A stretch of 64,000 bases of DNA from the NCBI GenBank assembly GCA_964606085.1, contig CAZSFD010000005.1, positions 19,812 to 83,811 of the forward strand, read 5' to 3'. The DNA comes from an uncultured Anaerolineaceae bacterium (GTDB lineage: Bacteria; Chloroflexota; Anaerolineae; Anaerolineales; UBA4823). This document shows, in pieces, positions 1 to 7,377 of the stretch. Made by a program: the position numbers and the translations under genes. The notes under the pieces were generated by a model that saw only the letters and a list, made by a program, of their open reading frames with translations, made no database searches and was not told the origin of the DNA. Numbering within the stretch: the stretch's first letter is position 1; the number at the start of each line of letters is the position of its first letter.

Positions 1-1080
1 GAAATGATGCTGGCCCGTCTCAACCACATCACCAATCCCGATGAACTGTACACCGGCCTCAGCCTGGTGCTGACACAGCCCCCGGAGGGCCAGTTTGCTG
101 GCCGGCGTATGACCCTGGCGGCGGGGCAATCGCTTTTTGAGTTGGCCGTACTGCAAGATGCCAATCCCTGGACGCTTGCCGCCGCCAACCATTTGCCCGG
201 CGCCTGGGCGGCCCTGCCCGGCGATATTCTGCGCCAACCCGGCCTGCCCGATGAAGGCCCCGGTGCGCTGCCGCCAGCCATTACGTCGGTACAGGTGGCC
301 CCGCTGCCAGCCGTTCAGGGCAAGTCCACGGTGCTTCTGTTCACCGCTCCCCCTGGCCTGACGATAACCGGTTCTTTTCTTGGCCACGAATTGCACTTCT
401 TCTATGATGGTGCAACGGCTCAGTATGTAGCTCTGCAAGGGGTTCACGCCCTTCATGAGCCAGGCTTTTATCCCTTGCAGGTGCAGGGCAAGCTGCCGGA
501 TGACGCCCGCTTTTCTTTTTCACAACAAATCTATGTCCGCGATGGGGGGTATCCCTATGACCCGCCGTTGAACGTCAATGACGAAACCGTTGACCCGGCG
601 ATCACTGAGCCAGAAGATGAAATCTGGTTTGGCATGGCCGCCGATTTTACCGAACCACGCCAGTGGCAGGGGCTTTTTACCAACCCATCTCCTTATCCGT
701 TGGATACCGGCTTTGCCTCCACCTTTGGCAATCGGCGTTCGTACAATGGCAGCGCCTACAATCGTTTCCACGGCGGGCTGGATATGTACGGCAACGACGA
801 AACCGATATTTTTGCTGCTGCGCCGGGGCGGGTAGTCTTTGCAGGGCCATTGACCGTGCGCGGGAATGCGGTCTTGATCGATCACGGTTGGGGTGTTTAT
901 ACGGGGTACGGGCACATGTCTCGCATAGATGTGAGCGAAGGAGATGTGGTCACTGCCGGGCAAGTGCTGGGGAAGGTGGGCAGTACGGGACGTGTCAATG
1001 GCCCGCATCTGCATTTTGAAGTGCTGGTTGGCGGAATCCAGACCGATCCGCTGGATTGGCTGACGCAGGCGTATCCATAG
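1..1080 (+). CDS. LysM-containing M23 family peptidoglycan metalloendopeptidase (5' end likely outside window)
   Basis: M23 motifs HGGLD, GYGHM, GPHLHFE; N-terminal LARLNHITNPDELYTGLSL resembles the end of a LysM repeat; frame is open to the window edge. Confidence 0.85.
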   Translation, partial: EMMLARLNHITNPDELYTGLSLVLTQPPEGQFAGRRMTLAAGQSLFELAVLQDANPWTLAAANHLPGAWAALPGDILRQPGLPDEGPGALPPAITSVQVAPLPAVQGKSTVLLFTAPPGLTITGSFLGHELHFFYDGATAQYVALQGVHALHEPGFYPLQVQGKLPDDARFSFSQQIYVRDGGYPYDPPLNVNDETVDPAITEPEDEIWFGMAADFTEPRQWQGLFTNPSPYPLDTGFASTFGNRRSYNGSAYNRFHGGLDMYGNDETDIFAAAPGRVVFAGPLTVRGNAVLIDHGWGVYTGYGHMSRIDVSEGDVVTAGQVLGKVGSTGRVNGPHLHFEVLVGGIQTDPLDWLTQAYP

Positions 1081-1098
1081 GCTTTGCGGGAGGTTGTG

Positions 1099-2013
1099 AT
1101 GAAACCGAAAATCGTTGTGGTGGGCAGCGCCAATACCGATATGGTGGTCAAAGTTGAACATCTGCCCAGGCCCGGTGAAACGGTCTTGGGTGGGCGCTTC
1201 TTTTCTGTGCAGGGCGGCAAAGGCGCCAATCAGGCGGTTGCCGCGGCGCGGCTGGGGGGTGATGTCACTTTTGTCGCCCGCCTGGGGCGTGACGATTTGG
1301 GGAAGGCGGCTGCCGAAGCGTATCGTCAGGAAGGCATTTGCCTGGATTACCTTGTGGAAGATGAGAACGCATCTTCGGGCGTGGCCTTGATTTTGGTGAA
1401 TGCGGCTGGTGAAAATAGCATTGCCGTTGCCCCGGGGGCCAACGGCCAGCTTTCACCCGCGGATGTGCTGGCTGCTGAGGAAGCGATTGCCCAGGCTGAT
1501 GTTTTGTTGGTCCAATTGGAAATCCCCCTTGAAACGGTGAAAGCCGCCGCCGAACTGGCGAAGAAACATGGCGTGCGGGTCATCCTCAACCCGGCCCCGG
1601 CGGCCATGCTGCCCAAAAGCCTGCTCGCCCTGGTGGATATTCTGACGCCCAACGAAACCGAAGCCGCTATCCTGGCCCAGGGCAAAGCGTCTGATGCGCT
1701 GGAACTGGCCCAGCAATTGCACACGATCAGCGGTGTGGGTATTATCGTGATGACGCTTGGCAGCCAGGGAGCCTTACTCTTTCAGGCAGGCCGTGCAACC
1801 ATCGTACCATCCCATCCGGTCGAGCCGGTGGATACGGTGGCTGCCGGCGATGCGTTCAATGGCGCGTTGGCCGTGGCGCTTGCCCGTGGTGACAGCCTGA
1901 CCGCTGCCATCCGCTTCGCCAATGCGGTTGGCGCCCTCTCGGTCACGCGGGCTGGCGCGCAGCCTTCGCTGCCCACCGCTGCCGAAGTGAGCGACTTTTT
2001 GGCAGGGCAGTGA
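1099..2013 (+). CDS. rbsK: Ribokinase (PfkB family)
   Basis: GSANTD, GGKGANQAVAAARLG, NETEA, DTVAAGDAFNG motifs; GGAGG RBS before ATG at 1099. Confidence 0.93.
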   Translation: MKPKIVVVGSANTDMVVKVEHLPRPGETVLGGRFFSVQGGKGANQAVAAARLGGDVTFVARLGRDDLGKAAAEAYRQEGICLDYLVEDENASSGVALILVNAAGENSIAVAPGANGQLSPADVLAAEEAIAQADVLLVQLEIPLETVKAAAELAKKHGVRVILNPAPAAMLPKSLLALVDILTPNETEAAILAQGKASDALELAQQLHTISGVGIIVMTLGSQGALLFQAGRATIVPSHPVEPVDTVAAGDAFNGALAVALARGDSLTAAIRFANAVGALSVTRAGAQPSLPTAAEVSDFLAGQ

Positions 2014-3110
2014 TGAATCGGGCGATCTATCGTCTGCAAAGCCGGGTGCGCAGGCCCGTTCGCCGGGCCGGGGCGGCCTATTACCTGCTGGTGACGCTGC
2101 TCAGTTTTGCGGCCTCGGTGACGCTGACCCGCCTGTTTCTGGAGTTGACGGGGTATCCCCAATTGGGTGGGGGCGGCTTGCATATTGCCCACGTGTTGTG
2201 GGGCGGCTTGTTGCTGTTTGTGGGTGCGCTGGCGCCCCTGGTATTTGCCAACCGGTGGGCTTTTCATGTCAGCGCCGTCTTATCGGGGGTGGGGGTGGGG
2301 TTGTTCATTGACGAAGTGGGCAAATTTATCACCTCCACCAATGATTATTTCTTCCCCGCGGCGGCCCCCATCATTTATGCTTTCTTTTTGTTGACCGTGC
2401 TGGTCTATTTGCAAACCCGGCGTCCGATGCCGCAGGATGCGCGGACGGCGCTGTACGGTGTGTTGGATGCGTTGGAAGAAGTGATCGATCACGACCTCGA
2501 TGCCGGTGAACGCGCCGAGTTGGAACGCGGCTTGAAAAGCATCAGCCAGCAAACGGAGCATCCTGAACTGGCTCGCCTGGCGAATGAACTGCTCGAATTT
2601 GTGGCTCACCATGAAATTTTACTGGCCCCAGAGCAGCCCACCCTGCTTGAACGCTGGCAGGCGCTGTTGCGTGAACTGGAGAAGCGTCCGCTCAATCGGG
2701 CGCGCTTGCGCCTGTCCATCGTCGCTGCGCTGGCCGGCCTGGGTGGAATTGCGCTGGCCCGCCTGGCCGTGCTTGGCTCGACGGCATTTACCGATGCCAC
2801 CTTTGCCGAAACCCTGGCGCACATGGCCGCCGCCGGGCTGGTCTCCAGCACAAACGGCATGTATTGGTTCTTCGGGCGGGTGGTGTTAGAAGGTGTGGTG
2901 GGGGTGATGCTGATCGCCGGCGCTGTGTTGCTGCACCTGGGCCGTGAACGCCGCGGCATACGCCTGGCCTATTTTGGGTTGTTGGCGTCGCTCTCGGTGG
3001 TCAACCTGCTTGTGTTCTATTTCGATCAGTTTTCGACCATTGTGCTGGCCTTGCTGCAATTGGGCGCCTTGCTGGCGTTAATTTTCTACCGGCGCAAATA
3101 CCAGGGGTGA
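2013..3110 (+). CDS. Uncharacterised multi-pass membrane protein
   Basis: About 8 hydrophobic segments around a soluble loop; LHIAHVLWGG and GLFIDEVGKFIT segments; start overlaps rbsK stop (TGATG). Confidence 0.75.
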   Translation: MNRAIYRLQSRVRRPVRRAGAAYYLLVTLLSFAASVTLTRLFLELTGYPQLGGGGLHIAHVLWGGLLLFVGALAPLVFANRWAFHVSAVLSGVGVGLFIDEVGKFITSTNDYFFPAAAPIIYAFFLLTVLVYLQTRRPMPQDARTALYGVLDALEEVIDHDLDAGERAELERGLKSISQQTEHPELARLANELLEFVAHHEILLAPEQPTLLERWQALLRELEKRPLNRARLRLSIVAALAGLGGIALARLAVLGSTAFTDATFAETLAHMAAAGLVSSTNGMYWFFGRVVLEGVVGVMLIAGAVLLHLGRERRGIRLAYFGLLASLSVVNLLVFYFDQFSTIVLALLQLGALLALIFYRRKYQG

Positions 3111-3166
3111 TCTGCGCTGGCCGGGTTGTGCGATTGTGTTTCAATAGCTTTTCAAATTGATCCTGC

Positions 3167-3195
3167 TTGACAAACGCTTAAAATTTTGATAATTT
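3167..3195 (+). promoter_or_regulatory. Sigma70-type promoter of the glycan locus
   Basis: TTGACA at 3167-3172; -10 candidates GATAAT (3188-3193) or TAATTT (3190-3195) in an AT-rich intergenic region. Confidence 0.6.
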
Positions 3196-3204
3196 ATATC
3201 TATG

Positions 3205-3222
3205 AAGTGAAACGTTTCACTT
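3205..3222. promoter_or_regulatory. LacI-family operator
   Basis: Perfect 18-bp palindrome AAGTGAAACGTTTCACTT with central CG, just downstream of the promoter; LacI gene at 19538 in the same locus. Confidence 0.8.
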
Positions 3223-3290
3223 TGCCTCTCATGCCAGGCACGTTCGCAAGAGCTCGGCCCCTCACCCACATTTCTCTTCAAAAGGGCAGC

Positions 3291-5672
3291 ATGAACCGAA
3301 AATTTTTAAGCCCCTACGGATATTTTTCGGATGATGGCAAAGAATATGTGATCACCACGCCTCTGACACCCAGGCCGTGGGGCAATATCCTCAGCAATGG
3401 CGATTACGCCCTGATGGTTTCGCAGACTGGGTCGGGGTACAGTTGGCGGGGAAACGCCGGGCAGAACCGCATCACGCGGTCTTTTCAAGATTTGATTAAA
3501 GACAATTGGGGGAAGTATGTTTACATCCGCGATCTGCAACGGAAGACTTTCTGGTCAGCTGCGTACAAGCCGGTGATGCGCCCCTGGCAGGATTTTGCCG
3601 TCGTTCACGGCGTTGGCTACTCCCGTTTTCGGCAGCGCATCGAAGACATTGCCAGTGAGTTGACCGTCTTTGTCGTCGCGGCTGACCCGGTGGAGGTCTT
3701 TCAACTGCGCTTGACCAATCACAGCGACGAGGTGCGCCACCTGGATGTCACCTCGTATGCCGAGTGGCTGTTGGGGTTCGCGCCCGATGAGCATCGCGAA
3801 TTTCATAAGCTGTTCATTGAGACATCGGCAAACGTGGCGCACTGCGCCGTTATGGCCCGCAAGTGTCTGTGGGGTTTCGCCGACGATAAGGGCCGCCACA
3901 ACAATGTGGATTGGCCCTACACCGCGTTCATGGCGGTCAGCGAGCCGTTGAAATCGTACGACTGCGACAAAGAAACGTTCCTCGGCCTGTATCGCAACGA
4001 TGACCGGCCGCGGGCGATGGACGAAACAACCCTGGCCGGGCGCACCGGGCGCTTCACCGATGCCATCGCCGCGCTGCAGGTGGCTGTGACGTTAGCGCCG
4101 GGCGAGTCGAAAATGGTGGTGTTTACGCTAGGGGCCGCCGAAGATGGCAAGGAGGATGCCGCCGAACTGATCCGCCGCTATACCACGGTCGAGGCCAGCG
4201 AACGGGCGTTTGATGGGGTGCGGGCTTTCTGGTCGCGTTTCATTGACGGCGAAAAGGTGGAAACGCCCGATGAAGCGTTCAACTTTATGACCAATACCTG
4301 GCTGAAATATCAGGCCATTTCGTGCCGCTTGTGGGGGAAATCGGCGTTGTACCAGGTTTCGGCGGGCTATGGTTTTCGCGACCAGTTGCAAGACAGCCAG
4401 ATTTTCTTGGTCGGCGAACCGGAATATGCCAAAAAGCAGTTGCTTCTGCACGCCGCGCAGCAATTTATCGAGGGTGATGTGCTGCACTGGTGGTTTTCCA
4501 TGCGCGGCGGCGGGCCGCGCACCAACTGCTCAGACGATTTGCTGTGGCTGCCGTTTATTCTGGATGCCTACCTGAAAGAAACCGGTGACTTTGCCATTTT
4601 GGATGAAGCGATCCCTTACCTGAACGGCCCGGCGGAGAGCCTTTACCGGCATTGCCAACGCGCCATCGAACGTTCGTTCACCCGCTTTTCGCCGCGCGGC
4701 GTGCCGTTGATGGGCGACCACGATTGGAACGATGGCCTGAGCGCGGTGGGGACGCTGCTCAAAGGCGAGAGCTTTTGGGTGGCCGAGTTTCTGTATATGA
4801 TTTTGGGCAATTTCGCCCCGCTCGCCCGGCAGCGCGGCGATGAGATTTTTGCCGGCAAGTGTGAAATTGTTCGCCAGAGCGTGAAAGATGCCCTCAACCG
4901 CCACGGCTGGGATGGCGAGTGGTATTTGCAAGCCACCACCGATGACGGTTTATTGCTCGGCTCGAAGGACAACGCCGAAGGCAAGATATTCCTGATGCCC
5001 AACATTTGGGCGGTGATCAGCGGGGCAGCAGAGGGTGAGCGCGGCCAACAGGCGCTGGCGGCGGTGACGAAATACCTGCTCAAAGACCACGGCACGCTGC
5101 TCAATTACCCTGCCTTTACGCAACCCCGGCCCGATGTCGGCTACGTCACCCGCTATGCGCCGGGCTTGCGCGAAAACGGCGGCGTGTACACCCACGCGGC
5201 CACCTGGTCGGTGTGGGCGTACGCGCTTGCCAACCAGCCCGAACGGGCCTACGAAGCCTACCGCAAAATCTGTCCGCCCAACCGCAGCGCGGATATAGAT
5301 ACCTACAAAGCCGAACCTTATGTCACCCCCGGCAATGTGGATGGCCCACTCTCCGAGTATTATGGCCGCGGCGGGTGGACGTGGTACACCGGCTCGGCAC
5401 AATGGCTGCACCGCGTGGCCACGCATTGGATATTGGGCATTCGCCCGCAAGCAGATGGCTTGCTGGTGTCGCCGTCGATCCCGTCAGAATGGCATGGATT
5501 TACCGTCTCGCGCCGATTCCGCGGGGCGTGGTATCAGATCACGGTCAAAAATCCTGATCATGTCAACAAAGGCGTCAAAAGCGTGATCGTTGATGGGCAA
5601 AGCCTGGCAGGGAATGTGGTTCCCATCTTCGCAGATGGGCAAACACACACGGTTGAAATTCTCTTGGGCTGA
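3291..5672 (+). CDS. GH94 glycoside phosphorylase
   Basis: PRPWGNILSNG N-terminus, GYGFRDQLQD, SDDLLWL, DWNDGL (catalytic Asp), RENGGVYTHAA, WTWYTGSA; no signal peptide; likely start 3291. Confidence 0.92.
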   Translation: MNRKFLSPYGYFSDDGKEYVITTPLTPRPWGNILSNGDYALMVSQTGSGYSWRGNAGQNRITRSFQDLIKDNWGKYVYIRDLQRKTFWSAAYKPVMRPWQDFAVVHGVGYSRFRQRIEDIASELTVFVVAADPVEVFQLRLTNHSDEVRHLDVTSYAEWLLGFAPDEHREFHKLFIETSANVAHCAVMARKCLWGFADDKGRHNNVDWPYTAFMAVSEPLKSYDCDKETFLGLYRNDDRPRAMDETTLAGRTGRFTDAIAALQVAVTLAPGESKMVVFTLGAAEDGKEDAAELIRRYTTVEASERAFDGVRAFWSRFIDGEKVETPDEAFNFMTNTWLKYQAISCRLWGKSALYQVSAGYGFRDQLQDSQIFLVGEPEYAKKQLLLHAAQQFIEGDVLHWWFSMRGGGPRTNCSDDLLWLPFILDAYLKETGDFAILDEAIPYLNGPAESLYRHCQRAIERSFTRFSPRGVPLMGDHDWNDGLSAVGTLLKGESFWVAEFLYMILGNFAPLARQRGDEIFAGKCEIVRQSVKDALNRHGWDGEWYLQATTDDGLLLGSKDNAEGKIFLMPNIWAVISGAAEGERGQQALAAVTKYLLKDHGTLLNYPAFTQPRPDVGYVTRYAPGLRENGGVYTHAATWSVWAYALANQPERAYEAYRKICPPNRSADIDTYKAEPYVTPGNVDGPLSEYYGRGGWTWYTGSAQWLHRVATHWILGIRPQADGLLVSPSIPSEWHGFTVSRRFRGAWYQITVKNPDHVNKGVKSVIVDGQSLAGNVVPIFADGQTHTVEILLG

Positions 5673-5880
5673 AAACACCCGGCGATGCCCTGGGCAACGA
5701 TACAACACCAGCAGTCAGGAGGTGCGCAGCTTCCAAAACCAAACGAAAACATTCCCACTCGTTCCGAACCAACTCAGAGAGCCTAACCCGCGAACTCCTT
5801 GCACAAAAACAAGAATTTCCTGGATTAGTGCGCTGGTCGTTCCGCTTTATGCGGGTTAGGAGATACAAGGAGTAAAACTT

Positions 5881-7299
5881 ATGAAAACCGTTTCGAAATT
5901 GCTCACCCTGTTGATCGCAGCCACCCTGCTTGTCAGTATCGTTGGCTGCACCGCGGCGCAACCGACCGCCACCCTGACGCCCGAACCCACGGCTGTGCCG
6001 GCCACTGCCATACCGCCCACCGATACCCCCGAACCACAGCCTGTCACCATCCGCTATGCCGCCCATAACCTGGGCACCGAAGAGGAAAATAACGCCGAGC
6101 GCCAGTTGATCGCCGCTTACATGGCGCTGCACCCCAACGTGACGATTGAGATCGTGGATATGAGCGCTGAAGGCGGTTGGGAAGCCAACCTGACCGCTTA
6201 CGCTGCCAAGGGCGAGTTCCCAGATGTCTTTTCGGCCTTCGACCTGCCGTTGTATATCAAAAATGATTGGCTGGCAGATGTCGGCCCGGTAGCCAGTGCA
6301 GACCCCGACTGGCAGAAAATTCCCCAGGCGCTGCGCGATTCGGTGGCCTTCAATGGCGTTTCGTATGGCGTGCCGTCGGGACAGTTCATCGTGGGCTATG
6401 TGGTCAACAAAGACCTGTATGAAGCCGCCAACCTGGACGCCCCAGAATATGGCTTTAGCCTGGAAGATTACGAAGCCGCCATGATGGGCCTGAACAACCC
6501 CGCGGATGGCGTGCTTGGCCTGGATGAAGTATGGAATATCCCCGGCTGGCTGCCCAATTCGATTGACCCCAAACTCAAATGGTTCAGCTTCGACGGCGCC
6601 AACATGAATTACAACTCGGCTGCCTTCAAAGAGGCCATTGCCAAGATGGCGCAGTATGGCCCGTATGCCTGGGACGGCCTGAGCGATGAGCAGAAGACGA
6701 ACTTCAAATCGGCTGGTCCGTGGGAACTCTTCCTCAACCAGGAAGTGGGGATGCGCTTCTCGTATGGCTGGGAACTGCCCGGCCTGATCCAGAACGCCAC
6801 CTTCAATTGGGACTTCGTCGGCACCCCGGGCGGCAATCAGGCGCTGGTGTTCGACTTCATCGGCATCGGCAAGACCACCCAGAACCTGCAGGAGGCCTAC
6901 AATTTCGCCAAGTGGATGGCTTTCTCGCCCGATGGGTATGCCAAGCGTGTTGAGATCGCCAAGACGATGAACTCCGTCCCCAATATGCCGGTGGCGGTGG
7001 ATGATGCCACGCTGGCCTTGTACACATCTTTCTACCCGAACCAGCCTGGCCTGGCGGCGGCGATGAAAAACCTGGATAACAGCCTGATCGAGTCGGTGCA
7101 GAAGGCTGTCCCCGGTTTTGTGAATGCCCGTTGGGAAGGCAAAACCGGCATTGTGATCGATGGCGCAGAAGTTGAGCGCATTGATTTCTTCTGGAGCTAT
7201 GGCAACTTCTCGAAGTTCAAGTTTGAAGATTACTCTGCCCAGCTCGAAGAATTCGCCAATAAGATTCTGGCCGAGGCCCGAGCCGGGATTACGAAGTAG
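5881..7299 (+). CDS. Sugar ABC transporter substrate-binding lipoprotein
   Basis: Lipobox IVGC, Pro/Thr linker, SBP family 1-like features; AAGGAG RBS. Confidence 0.9.
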   Translation: MKTVSKLLTLLIAATLLVSIVGCTAAQPTATLTPEPTAVPATAIPPTDTPEPQPVTIRYAAHNLGTEEENNAERQLIAAYMALHPNVTIEIVDMSAEGGWEANLTAYAAKGEFPDVFSAFDLPLYIKNDWLADVGPVASADPDWQKIPQALRDSVAFNGVSYGVPSGQFIVGYVVNKDLYEAANLDAPEYGFSLEDYEAAMMGLNNPADGVLGLDEVWNIPGWLPNSIDPKLKWFSFDGANMNYNSAAFKEAIAKMAQYGPYAWDGLSDEQKTNFKSAGPWELFLNQEVGMRFSYGWELPGLIQNATFNWDFVGTPGGNQALVFDFIGIGKTTQNLQEAYNFAKWMAFSPDGYAKRVEIAKTMNSVPNMPVAVDDATLALYTSFYPNQPGLAAAMKNLDNSLIESVQKAVPGFVNARWEGKTGIVIDGAEVERIDFFWSYGNFSKFKFEDYSAQLEEFANKILAEARAGITK

Positions 7300-7301
7300 T
7301 T

Positions 7302-7349
7302 GAATGCCTGTCAAGGGCGTTGTGGTGCGCCGCAACGCCCTTTTCATTC
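7302..7349 (+). terminator. Stable hairpin after SBP gene (partial terminator or mRNA stabiliser)
   Basis: AAGGGCGTTGTGG-TGCG-CCGCAACGCCCTT stem followed by TT, flanked by GAATG/CATTC. Confidence 0.5.
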
Positions 7350-7377
7350 GCCCGTGGTTGCTAAAAAAAAGGTGTCT

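Noticed and set aside
1-60. M23 gene lacking signal peptide and most of LysM (pseudogene?)
   Set aside because: The frame is open to the window edge; truncation is a windowing effect
3186-3290. N-terminal extensions in the ORF track (3186, 7300, 30302, 31446, 35066, 42150, 50931, 58911, 59483, 61202)
   Set aside because: They run through promoters, operators or repeats; downstream starts have better RBS or gene-junction support
5882-5895. TGAAAACCGTTTCG at the SBP start codon as a second LacI operator
   Set aside because: Imperfect symmetry and spacing; explained by the MKTVS codons
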